From Dicyema japonicum (lineage: Eukaryota > Animalia > Dicyemida), in NCBI GenBank assembly GCA_011109175.1, contig RDEW01000009.1, positions 348,573 to 412,572 of the forward strand: 64,000 nt of DNA. Reading direction: 5' to 3'. A model generated the notes under the pieces. The model was not told the origin of the DNA and ran no database searches. It was given only the letters and a program-made list of their open reading frames with translations. This document shows positions 11,250-23,683 of the stretch, in pieces. Positions within the stretch are counted from its first letter, which is position 1. Every line of letters starts with the position of its first letter. The translations under genes and the position numbers were made by a program.

Positions 11250-12890
11250 TCAAGAAGTTTTGATAATGTTCTGGTTCTCATTCCGGTTTTCTAGTCTTCA
11301 AAACTGGTTTGATGACAGAGTTCTTCCAATCTTGAGAATAATATCGTAGTTAATAAACAGGTTAATTTTTGCGTGAGGTAGCCAATTACGTATTTACTTA
11401 GGTTTTTCAGGTGATTTGACATCTGAGACCTGCTTGTCTGAGAATAGTTTTTGGTAAGGTTCATTTTTCGGTTTACGGGCACGTACTTTGATATTTAGTT
11501 GTTTAGAAAATTTCTGGAAGCTGATCAGCGTAATGTTTCATAAGTAGGCTAGGGTGCATATGACAAATGTGTTCTTGAGAAGAGTTACCGGTTCCATTTG
11601 CATCTTCCAACTCTGATTTAATTTTTTTAATGTTTTCCAAAATTGATGAGATGAACTTTTCCCGTTAAGGCGATTGATCAGATGACACAACATATGATCC
11701 TGATGATCTTTTATGCTCTGGTTGATAGTTTTATTTAGTTGTCTGGTGAATTTCAACTCCGTCGGATGGCATCTTATCATTTGATTTCTTGGTTTATGAG
11801 TGTAAATGTCTGGGAATTGAGAGTAGGTATAAAATTCGTGTATGATGGGAGAGAAATAAATATGTTGTCAGCCCTTTGAATGGCCACACTGATGATTTTT
11901 GCGGCTTCATCTATCGAACTTATATGGGATGATAGTCCTTTAACCAATTCCAGGTCAACGAAGCCAGAGAAGCCGGACCAGTCAAAATTCTTGAAACTTT
12001 TCACTTCGGTCTTCAATGTCCGGCGTCTCCGAAATCCTCTTAACATAAGAAGGATGGGATTATGGTCGCTGGAGAAACCATAATTCACATCCCATGTAGT
12101 AATTCCTGCTAAAGAGGGTGAACATAAGGTTAAATCAGAAGTGCAGCTATCAGTGCTTCTTAAAGGGGTTCTTGTGTGTAATTTAGGGTCATTCAGGATA
12201 ATCATATCAATAAGACCATTTGCGATGATCTCGCCTCGGCTGCCAGAGAATTGTGAAGCAACTCAAACAGGATGTTGGACATTTAGGTCGCCGCATATTA
12301 GAACGTTCTTTAGTACTGAGAGGCGAGGTATGTTTGGAGTGTAGGATTTTGGACATGATCCTTGTGGTGGAATATATAGGTTAATCAAATTGAAAAAGAC
12401 GGGTACAGCTCCATTTTGATGATGATATGCTCCATTGTATCGTCTGAGTCCAAAAGTTCTGAGGTCCGTCCACTCACATCAATGAAAGGTATCCCGTTCT
12501 TTATAATTGTGAGTAGTCCTCCACCTGATCTTCCTCTGACGGTCCTTACGGATAATTGTGTATCCCGGAAAAGAAAGTGTTCGCGTGGAGGATGAGAGCT
12601 TGGATTCCTGGATGAGATCAAGGTCAGCTTGATTTGCGGAGAGGAGAGCTCGAAGTTCCAGAATCTTCCTTTTAATTCATTTGTATTTAGTTGTAGAATT
12701 TTTTACTCTCCACGTGGTTAGGGTTTGTTTCAATGTGTCCACATAGCAGAATCAATAGTCCAGAACAATGATGACACAAGACGGAGTCGGAGGGAACCTT
12801 CAAGTGGTGCGGAAAAGTTGATGGATTTTTTCGTTCCTTTCCGGAATGGGTGACACATTTTTGGATGAGCCACAAGACCACGTTAAGTAT
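11250..12890 (-). mobile_element. LINE relic with APE endonuclease (Ingi/Vingi/Jockey-like)
   Basis: GRSGGGLLTIIK, SDLTLCSPSL...SSDHNPIL; upstream a PHD-like and a degenerate 2A-like motif LLILLCGHIETNP. Confidence 0.75.
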
Positions 12891-12904
12891 ATAATCCTTA
12901 GAGC

Positions 12905-12960
12905 AGTGGTTCTTAACGGTGGCGCTGGAACATATTAGGGGAGATTTTTAATTTTTTTTA
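12905..12960 (+). mobile_element. solo hAT (Charlie/Buster) terminus
   Basis: CAGTGGTTCTTAAC preceded by CCTTAGAG; no partner TIR seen. Confidence 0.5.
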
Positions 12961-13129
12961 ATTATTGTAAATATTTGCATTAGGTTTTGTAATTCATTTA
13001 TCACCTGCTTTTCTAATTAATTATAATTTTCGTGTGTACTTTTCCCTATCCTACAAGGATGGACTGACAAAGACGGACTGTCTCTGTGTGGGGACATGGA
13101 ATCGAACCCCGGGCATCTAAAGATCACGC

Positions 13130-15540
13130 AAATAATTATAAACGGGATCAAATGTAAGATTATGAAGGTATCGAAATTCTGGCCACAAAAATCCAACTCC
13201 CAAGGTTACGTCTTACTCTGATCAATTCATATCTACCTCCTTCATCATCAGCCACTTGCCCAAAACTTTCGTCGATCAGCTCACTAAAGAACGTTCTTCT
13301 TTGCGTTGACCTAAATACAAAACACTCGCTCTGGCTGAGATGTCAGATGTTAAACAGGCGGGGAGATATACTAATCGAAGACTTGTAAACCTTTTGTATC
13401 CTAAACGATCAATCTTTCACACAAGAACCCCCTCAAACAAAATAATAATCTGTCATCCCCTGACGTTTCAATCGCGTCTCCCAATCTTGCTTTTCAATTT
13501 CATGGAGCGTGAAATACGAAACTATGAGTTATCACAATTCGATCATTTTACAAATTAAAACAAAATCAAATTATCGAAGGTCACTCTCTACTTTGATAAA
13601 TTATATTATTGCTGACTATCCAAGATTTGCGAGCGATATTGACATGCAGATTAAGTTATCAACAATACATGCTGCCTCATCTCTAAACAACATTATAAAG
13701 GAGTTCTTTTCGTTCATTCAAGAAGCTAGAAAATTATTTATACAATGGGAAGACAACCGACAAACAGGCGATTCAATTCAACAGCCAAACATTTAGTCAA
13801 AGAAAGAAACTATTTAAAGAAAAAGAATACCGTCGAGGAGGATTAATAAGAATTCGTACTCTAAACAGGAGATTAACAAATATATCAGTAATACAAACGA
13901 GAAACGCAGGACAGAACTATAAAAAGTCCTAACAGAAAATCCGTCAGTACAGAAGGTCTGGAACAAAATCAAGTCTATCAAAGCGTTTTTTGATGAACCG
14001 CAAAATGGGATATCATTACAACCAAACACCTTAATGAAATACTAAGCTTCCATAGCACATAAAATACTATGCTTCCATACTACTCCAAAGAACACCAAGT
14101 ACTCTTAAACAGAATAAAACCGAAAAGATCATACGTGTGGACCATATTTTCGACAAAGGACGTCCAGTGGGCAATATCAAAAGCCCTATGTCCAGACAAT
14201 ATTTCTACAACAGAACTAAAGCATCTAGGACCACTTGCTTTAGATTTAATTGCTTACATATTCACAATATCAATAAATATGAACATTATTCCGGATGTCT
14301 GGAAGAGATCATACATCAAACCGATCTTGAAGCCTGGAAAATCCGAAAATGACCCCTCTTCCTACAGACCAATCTCGATCCTATGTTCACTTTCCCGAAT
14401 ACTCGAAAGATAGTTCTTGAAAATATCAAAGACTACATCTTGCTCTCTCCTTTCTAACATGGATTCCGGGCTAAACAATCCACAGCATCATACTTAACGT
14501 CCCTGTGCCAGTTCATTGCGGAGGGACTCAATTCCACTAAACCACACCAACGAACAGTCTTGGTCTCTGTTAATATAACAAATGCTTTCGACAGTCTCAA
14601 GTAAACTCCTTACTGAGAAAATTTACGATACATGCATCCACCCAAACATAAAACAATGGATTGCCAACTTCTTAAGTGGGAGACGTGGACAAATGATTTG
14701 CAATAACATAAAGTCAAAATTCCATCTCCTACCAAATGGAGTCCCTCAAGGATCTCCACTATTGCCAGCCCTTTTTAACCTGTACATCAATGACATTCCG
14801 AAACCGCACTACGAAAATTGTCTTCTACTATCATACGAGGACGACATCATTATCGCTGCAAAGGACAAAAAGTACCAAACTGCTACCACGATGACTCAGA
14901 ATATGCTTAACAATTTAACTTTTTGGCTCAATAAACTCCTTGAAGCTTTCCCTACAAAATCCTATAATTATTATTATGGCACTTTAACGAAAGCCCCGCA
15001 TGTGCAACACTCAAAGAAACAATATTTATAGTTAGTCTTTTCCTATAAATTCCTATACTACCCTATTTACAATGTCCAAGAGGCACTATTCATTGAAACC
15101 TAACATTTCTCTCAATAACACAGTAATTTCCATCAATTACATACCAAATATTCTTGGAGTGACACTCGACCAGGGACTCTCTTTCGCAAAAGCATGTGGA
15201 TATCCGGGTAACGACAGCACTGAATATGATGACGATATTAAAAGTCGTTACCAAAGTTCTCAGAAGTGACGCTGGATGCTTTCAGATGATCTACAAACAA
15301 TTTGTCTAGCCTACGTTGCTCTATGCAAGTGAGGCTTGGTCTTTGTTTGTTTTAAGAACATCGACAATCAAATATTCAAAAGGCCGCAAAGACTATTATC
15401 GGCCCAACATTCTCCCCTATATCTACATAAGATCTTTTCATCCAAAAACAAAGAATTCTCATCAGAGAGCAAGGATCACTTAGTTAGTTAAGAACTTTAT
15501 TCTTATAACCCAGTGATTCTGAGACAATAATAATAATAAA
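13130..15540 (+). mobile_element. decayed LINE with APE and RT (Ingi/Vingi-like)
   Basis: KPGKSENDPSSYRPISIL, GVPQGSPLLPALFNLYIND, SYEDD; (AAT)n tail near 15526-15540. Confidence 0.85.
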
Positions 15541-15589
15541 TTTATTTACTGATATATTTATAAATATTTTCTAATTGAAAAGATTCTCT

Positions 15590-16075
15590 ACCAGAAAGAA
15601 AATCCTTCATCCACAAAAGTGCCTTACTTCCAACATTTAAATTCGATAGAGTCTTTAACAATCTAGCTAGCCAAGCGCTATCAAAAGCCTTTGATATGTC
15701 AAAACATACGGCTGTAAGACATTCTTTATTTTTTTAGCAATACATATAAAGTTCCATAATACTGAAAAACAATCTCCAGTCCTTCTATTAGGGCAAAAAC
15801 CTCACTGATCATCGAGAAAAAAATTTTTACCTTCAATATACTTTGATAATCTGTTGAAAATAATTTTTTCTATGATTTTTGAGATACTACATATCAGGCT
15901 TATTGGCCTATAGTTTTCTGGATTTAAACTAAATTTTCCCTTCTTCGGGATCATCCGTACAAACGACTTTTTCCACGTTAAAGGAACTTCTTTCACGTTG
16001 AGAACACCACGAGGAATTAAATAATGGCATTCCAGCATTTTTGAGAACTGTTAATGAGACAAAATCCCGTCCTAG
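15590..16075 (-). mobile_element. LINE RT fragment
   Basis: WKKSFVRMIPKKGK...ENYRPISLICSISKIIEK; FDISKAFDS. Confidence 0.8.
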
Positions 16076-16084
16076 TGCTTTCTT

Positions 16085-17630
16085 CTTGCATCCATTATTA
16101 ATAAATAATTAAGCACTACCGCGTTGCCATAAGCACGTAAGATGCCTAGGGTTTCGCTCGTGCAGAACACACACTTTATTTAAGTAAAGAACAGTTATTA
16201 TAACTAATCGTAGAGGGAGAAGCAAGGAATGCTCTTCACTTCTTTGTTTTTTCTTTTCTTGCGTGTATGTCCTTTTAACTATCCAGTTCCTTAGTGAATC
16301 TCCACTGATGACGGCGTCACTCGTTGCATCCATTAATAGGAAAAATTATCTCCTCCATAGTAATCGTTCAACGCAAAGGCCCCTCCATAAGCGAGGATGG
16401 CTCCTTATCAAGAAAAACAGTTTGTATGTCTCCGGGAATAATTAACAGAGGATCCGATTCTTGTACCTCTGCAAGTTGTTGTCATAAGACATCTGGAACT
16501 TTTTCTTTCTGGATCCGAGAGCCGTCATGAGTCTTGAGATTTATCTCTTTACCTTTCCTTCCAAAGAAAATTCAAAACCGAAAAAACTTTATTACAAAAC
16601 CGTCTTCAGCACATTTTCTCCAATGCGCCGTCCCGTTAGGAAGTCCCTTAACCATATGAGAAGTTGTTTTTGAATATCTGCAGCCCCAAGCCTTGACCGG
16701 AGAGCTTCATGCCACATGCTATCGAAGGCCTTAGATAGGTCCAGACATACCATGTTTACTTGTCTCTTGAATCTTGATACTTTCAGTACTTCCAAATGAA
16801 TTTGGTGGATCCTATTATGCAAGATTTTCCGGGCCTTAAGTCCCATTGTTCCGCGAGGAGGAAATCGCTCTCCTCTATATGCCTACTCAGCTCAATAATC
16901 TTGGAGATCAATCATATGAGGCTGATCGACTTATAGTTGAGAGGGTCCCTCTCCGACTTTCCTGATTTTAAAATCACTTTTTTTAAACCATATGATTTAT
17001 GGTTTTCAAAGAGAATTCTTAACTTTAACAACTTTTATTAACAAGGAAATCAAAGAGAATATTATTTGGCTTCTCACCGCAAGTCCTGCAATCGCTTGGA
17101 CTCTTCTCTGCACTCTCAGACCCCTCATATCGTTCATTCTATGCTGCAACATAAGAATCAATGTTGGTATCTCTTTTTAGGAAGTTTCCCATCCTTTTTT
17201 CTGCTGCATCTCTGATCGACAATACTAGCAAATTTTTATCTTCATTTAGCTTCTCGTCGAGCCTTTTGAGAAGGGCAATCTTGATCCCTGTTCTCCTCGA
17301 TTTTTCAAGAAGCAAGATAAAACGTTCTTTGTTTGCAGTGCAATATCATCCTTCAAGTCCATAGAGGAGTGATGGAATCATCGTAAATGAAAAAATAAAT
17401 AAAAACATATCCGTTCGAGTCTCAATTTCCTCATACACAATTCGCATGAAAAAAAGGACCTGCGATCTTGGGAGAACGTAGACAGCAAGGACAGTTTCGT
17501 CAAAGACGGCACCTAAAACTCGTCGAAAATCCAATGAAGTCTCACCCAAAATATCAGAGAAGGAATATTCAGAAATATCTGAGATTATGTCACGACTAAA
17601 CCATCTGTACTCGATTGCGCAGGTGGATCT
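16085..17630 (-). mobile_element. LINE relic, RT to 3' UTR; same family as 25200-28060
   Basis: CLDLSKAFDSMWHEAL...WLRDFL; 3' end GCAACGCGGTAGTGCTTAATTATTTATTAATAA. Confidence 0.75.
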
Positions 17631-18179
17631 AATGGAGACAGTGACCTTGGATTTGAAACAGCAAGATCACACAAATGTTCGAAGCAAGGCCTAAAAATAG
17701 TGTTAGTGAATGCCCGATCCTTAGGGATGAGGCATAATGAACTAGCACTACTTGCGTGGGTGGGCCTCCAAAATCGACATCTTGGTGGTCAATGAGACGA
17801 AACTAAAGAAAGCGAAGAGTTATATAATGAAGGGATATAATTCCATGCACGTTTTATAAAAAGCTGAGCAGTTGCTGGTATGGAAATGTCTATTTTCTAC
17901 CGGGACTCCCTTAGAATTCTTAATCCAAAGGTCGTTTGTGATGTATTATGTGAATTTGTAACTATGGTAACTCAGACTAATAAAGACGCTGTGATTAGTC
18001 TAAATAAAAAAACAGAGATGGTTAAGTGGATTGTCTGTAACTCTTTCTAAGAGTATAAGAGCCTGTGAGTATACCACTAATTAGCTATTTCAAGCGATTC
18101 TAATTATTTTGAGTTTAGTCTTTTTTCTCAACATTGAATAACAAAGACTCAATTTGCGAGGTGCTTGACGATTTTTCAA

Positions 18180-19300
18180 AATCTTTTGAAACGTTTGTTT
18201 CAAATTTACAATGGATTCCGGTTCACATGGGTCCTTGTTAGGTTTTATAATAGGACCACGATATTCAGAGGATCTCAGCTCCTCTTAATATTTGGTACCT
18301 CGATGACAGAACAATTGGTGAGGACGCCCCGATTATCGATGCTTTGGAAATCACGATTCCTGCTCTGTTAGAATATGCGGAAGACAGAGATCATAAATGT
18401 TAGCTTTCTATCGGACGAGTTTTTTAATGTCCAAACCCGCCTTGAGGCCTTGTTCCCTGATGCGAAGTCGAGTCTTCTGGCACTGTTCTCCTAGGATGCC
18501 CTCAATTCTTACCCAAGATAAAAAAATTTATAAGGAAAAAGGTCGGACTCGATCCGCTAATGACGGAAAGGCTTAAAACTCTCGAAGAACATACCGAATT
18601 CTTCTCAATGAAAATAACATTTTTGTTCCCAAGATGAATTTCTCATTACGGAGTTCCCCTTGATTCCATGACTCTGATTCTCTCAAATCTATGGAGGACC
18701 TTATCAGACAGATGACTGAAGAAATCGTCAATATCAATTTTGACAGCACTGGCTGGTCCCAAGAAAAGCTCCCGATAAGGTTTGGGGGAATTGGTTTGAG
18801 GTCTCATGCCGATTTGGCCATTCCATGCTACCTGTCATCCCTCGCAAGCTGTAGTGCCTTGCTCAACTTTTTTTTACATTCCTGCCACGAATTGAATTTG
18901 AATCCTGTATTTGACGTGGTTTTGCAGCAGTGGACAGCAAACGAATTCGTTGCTCCAAAGAACTTTAACTTTCAAAATGACTGGGATGAACTTTGTGAAA
19001 AAAACTAAATAAACTTGGAAGGTCCACGGATACCCATCGTCGCAGATGTCTGATTGCTACGTCTGCTGAGAATTCTGGGTCCTGGATCAATGCCTTCGCG
19101 ATATGGGCAGTTGGTACTATGCTTGACGGGAATACAATCCTCGTTGGAGTTGCTCTTCGGCTAGGCCTTGACATCTGCTTGGAACACCAATGCTGATGTG
19201 ATAGTTGACACAAAACGCGACTGTCATGAGGGCTATCGAGGACGCCGGGTTTACTTGCCTTCTGAACCTGTCGTTCTTGAGAGAGGGGAAATTTAAAGGA
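18180..19300 (+). mobile_element. CRE-clade retrotransposon relic
   Basis: NIWYLDD and KLPIRFGGIGLRS; followed by a decayed zinc-knuckle/RLE region. Confidence 0.75.
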
Positions 19301-19592
19301 TTTCATCTAGCGTGAAATTTTTTCGGATTTTTGACAAATGTGCCTTGAAGAGTTTCTAGTTAGATTTTGAATCATCGAATATTATTAATAATGATTCTAC
19401 CTGCTTTTTAAAACTTAATAATGCTGAAGAACCAAATTTAAGTGAGTAAATTACTAAACCCAACCAATACACTAAAAACCAAAGATTTTCTAGCATATAA
19501 AAAATTATAAATTAATGGTATAATTAAACCGCAAAAATAATAACACAAAAATAAATCAAAGAACGAAACGAGACAAAAAACGAAAGTAATAA

Positions 19593-19865
19593 TTAATCGT
19601 TAGTGGAATTAATTTCAGTCTGAGTTTGATCCATCATTTCATTGATATTTTGGTCCATCTCATCAATTCTATCTCCGATTTGTTCGACTAATATGTACGA
19701 AAAAATTACTCTTTGCAAGTATATCATCGGACATCGTCTGGAATTTAGCCTGTAGATTCGCCAAGAGTTCTTGGATCTGACATATCATATCAATCTTACT
19801 TCTTCAGCATCCTCAGTAGCTTTACGGGTTTCATAATCAATGTCAGACTGATTAGTAGCTTCCAT
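19593..19865 (-). CDS. HSBP1: heat shock factor-binding protein 1, paralog b (3 exons, 75 aa)
   Basis: Introns of 23 and 22 nt give MEATNQSDIDYETRKATEDAEEIQELLANLQAKFQTMSDDILAKIEQIGDRIDEMDQNINEMM... Confidence 0.9.
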
Positions 19866-19979
19866 CAATACCACACTATTATTTAGTTATTTAAATTATT
19901 TTTTAATATTTTGAGATGTTATTAAATTATTTATTATTAAGAAATTTCCATGTATGGAAGATGCAAAGAAGAATTTTAT

Positions 19980-20566
19980 GTTTAAATTGAGAGTTAAATC
20001 AGTTCCCAAAGATGGAAGGAAATCTACACAGAAGATTCTATATAAGTTGCTTAAATTGATGTTCTTACTACATTAAATGCAGTGATATCAAATTACGCGT
20101 CATCATCTCCGCCAACGGACTAATGAGATTACTGACATTATTTATGCTGCACAATAAGCATATGACATTATTATGCTGCACAATACACAGAGGTCCTTGT
20201 GAGAGTTGGAAAAACCTACTCAAGAAATTTTGAAACAAACACAGGCACTCCTCAAGGAGACTGACTCTCTCCGATACTATTCACAATATACTTGGAGGCA
20301 GCTATGAGGGAACTGAGACCATCATACCAAGGAAAAATAGAAGTGATTTATGCTGATAATGTCGACCTAATCTCCGAAGACAAATAACTCCTGGAACATG
20401 GTACTAGAAAAAGTACCAGATATACTTGGGAAATGGTTTCTCACCGTGAACAGAGAAAAAACAGAACGGACGGAAATAAGACGAATGAATAACTCACTCG
20501 AAGAAATGGAGACACACAAAGAAACTTGGCTCCTTATTAGGAGATAGTGAAGATATCATACTGAGA
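19980..20566 (+). mobile_element. RTE-like LINE RT fragment
   Basis: IEVIYADNVDL and GSLLGDSEDII, similar to 47173-47618. Confidence 0.65.
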
Positions 20567-20806
20567 AAGGATAATTCACTTGTATTATTTAAATTTAAAA
20601 ATTTAAATAATTAAGCCTTTGCAGATAGGATTGCGTATACCATCCCCACGTATACGGCTATCCCGACTCGTTTCCTTAGCCAGAACTTTTTTCTTTTTTT
20701 CGGCTCTTCTAGTTTCCCTCCTATTTCTTTCAGAAAAACCCAGTGAGGGATCTTACGGCTCCCGAGTATTCTATGGCCACTGATGTGAATCGGTGTCGGT
20801 CTCCAA
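20567..20806 (-). repeat. inverted copy of the CRE 3' end at 23332-23573
   Basis: About 240 bp, highly similar reverse complement, including the terminal ...ATACAAGTGAATTATCCTT. Confidence 0.9.
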
Positions 20807-20809
20807 GGT

Positions 20810-21815
20810 TCGGCAAATAAAAAAATTGTGTTTTTGCGTTCAAATGGATGAGAGCTCAGATATTAAAGGAAGATGCAGCTCCTTGTTTTAGTTTGATATA
20901 TGAACGATGAACCCATTTTTGAAGATTTTCTTTGCTGCAAAGAGTTGAAAAACAAAAAGATATGACATTTTCAATCTTATAAATTCATACTTGAGGATAT
21001 AAAGTTGGATTGGAATGTATGTGTGGGTATCTTCATTGATGGTACTCCAGCAATGACTGGGAAATTTAAAGGCTTTGTTTCTATTACGAAAAATAAGAAT
21101 CCGAACATTATTCACACCCATTGTTTTCTTCATCGCGAGGCACTCGTCGCAAAAACTATTGGACATGAACTTAAATATGCTTTGGACATGGTTGTAAAAA
21201 TAATTAATTACATCAAATGAGGCCGTTGAAATTGCGACAGTTCTCGAAAATGAAAATGCAGAACATTCAGTTTTGATTTTGCATAATGAAGTAAGATGGT
21301 TTTCAAAGGGAAACATGTTAATTCGTTTCTATGAATTAAGACACGAATTGTTCGATTTATTGAATGCCTCAATGATGAATGTTGGTGTTGCAATTAGCAT
21401 ACCTCGCCGATATTTTTCATGGACTCAATGTTCTCAATAGCAGCATGCAAAGAAGAAATGAAAATCTATTGAGTTGCGCGGACAAAATGGCTACTTTTCT
21501 GAAAAAAACTACAAATATGGAAACGACAGAAACGACGAATGGAAACTTGGAAATGTCCCCTCATGTGCAAGAAAAAAATTTAAAGAAATTGTTCCACAAA
21601 TTGTAGACCGGAGTCTCTATTTACATGTACGAATAATTATTTTCCACTCATATCAGTTGAACTCTATGATTGGGTGAGGAATCCTTTTGCTGAGTACGAA
21701 ATAACTGGAACGAGCTATCATTAAAAGAGGAAGAAGAACTTGCGTAATAACGAAAGAAGAACAGAATGTTAAAAATGGAAAATTTACAGCTTGATATTGA
21801 TTAGTTTTGGCTGAA
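20810..21815 (+). mobile_element. hAT (Buster, ZBED5/FAM200-like) transposase relic
   Basis: DGTPAMTGK...IIHTHCFLHREALVAK; LILHNEVRWF; LAYLADIF. Confidence 0.85.
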
Positions 21816-23573
21816 AACCAAAATAATCCATGCCTGGGATTGAAGCATGACATTACCAAAGTTTTCAATTCGTTGAGGAGAGACCGTATGATTCAAGTAT
21901 GCATTAAGCGAGCACCTGAGTTTATTCCCATTGTCAATCTTTCACACGGATCAAACTCCTCTCTGATTTTTCGGGGATGAGATCACCAAGTCACAGTCAG
22001 GAGTACAACAAGGAGACCCATTATGACCACTCCTTTTTAGATTGACGATCGATCAAGTCGTTCGCTCCGTCGATACTGAATTCAACCTCTAGTATCTCGA
22101 TGACGGAACAATTGGAGGGACATGGAGGAATGTCTATAACAGTCTATCCCACTGGGTACCTGCCTTACATGATCTCGGCCTTGAGGTCAACATAAAAATA
22201 ATCGAAGCTCATCAATATTACATACATGGAAAACGATTTCCTCCCCGCGGGAGGAATATTTAACAGTCTATCACTGGTATATCCGTCGTCCCCCGTGAGA
22301 AAGTCTACTTTCTTGGATGCCTATTTCACAATGCAGAATTACGGATACATTTTCAGTCCATAGCGGAAGAGCTATCCCTTTTTACGAAAAGACTCGCTAT
22401 TCTGGATTCCACACATCTTTTTTTCATGAGGAGAAGCTTATGTTTGCCGAAATTGTAATACGCTTTCCGGAGTTCCCCGTGCTTCGTCTACCGAGATTTG
22501 CTACTAAGTCTGGATCAGAAGTTAAGCCAAACAGTCTAAATTTACGTTTTGACGATCTGGGTTCGACACAATGCAAACTTCTTTCGTAGGAATTGACCTA
22601 AGATCGGCTTTAGAGATTGCCCATCCAAAATACCTATCGTCGCTTTCGAGCTGCAGTCATCTCGTCCGGAAAATTCTACGTCACCCTACTGGACTTTACT
22701 TGGACACAGTATTTGACGAAGCTTGCTTGCAGTAAAAGGAAGCAGGATTTCCAATCCCAGATGATGTCTCAAATCAGAACAAATGGGACGCAATTTCCTG
22801 CAAGGCTATCGTTGATAGCCTAAAGCAAGAGTCGAACCAACATCAGCTTGCATCTTTACTAACTGCTGCACAACAGTAAATGACTGACTCCACGCATTTC
22901 CATGCACTTCTTTCGGAACTCTAATAGACGACGACTGTATGAGAATCGGAATAGCAGAACGGTTGGGACTTGACGTCTGCCAGAAACACAGATGCCGTTG
23001 TGGAGGAACAGTTAATACCAAAGGACTATATCTTTTGTCTTGCAAAGGAGTGCATGTCGCTCACCTCGTCACGCTGCATTGAATAATGTTATTTTGCGAA
23101 CCCTCGAGGCAGCAGGCTTCCCAGCTCAACTGGAACCTGTTGGACTGGATAGTGGCGATGACAAGAGGCTAGACGGAATTACGCTTTTCCCATATTCACA
23201 TGGAAAATCATTAGTCTGGAATGTAACCTATGTGGATACTTTCTCCACTTCGATCCTTCTGAGATCTGCTCTGAAACCTGGATCTGCGGCCAACGCAGAA
23301 GAAACGGCCAAGATCCAGAAGTACTCGGCCATTGGAGACCGACACCGATTCACATCAGTGGCCATAGAATACTCGGGAGCCGTAGGATCCCTCACTGCGG
23401 TTTTTCTGAAAGAAATAGGAGGGAAACTAGAGAGACGAGAAAAAGAAAAAAAAGTTATGACTAAGGAAACGAGTCGGGATAGCCGTATTACGTGGGGATG
23501 TATACGCAATCCTATCTGCAAAGGCTTAATTAATTAAATTTTTAAATTTAAATAATACAAGTGAATTATCCTT
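21814..23573 (+). mobile_element. CRE-clade retrotransposon, RT through RLE to the 3' end, decayed
   Basis: RT nearly identical to 10133-10615. CRCGGTV..SPRHAALN zinc knuckle; DKRLDGITLFPYSHGKSLVWN RLE. Confidence 0.85.
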
Positions 23574-23683
23574 ATTTTAACGGATGAATTATCTTTACTA
23601 TTAATTACAAGTAAATCCAAGTAAATTATAAATAATTATTTTAAACAAATTTTTGTATTAGAAAATATAAAATTATCATTCCA

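Noticed and set aside
23228-23521. Antisense ORFs over TE coding regions (also 3593-3796, 11880-12083, 43706-44029)
   Set aside because: Shadow ORFs opposite transposon or TRRAP coding strands, with no independent features.
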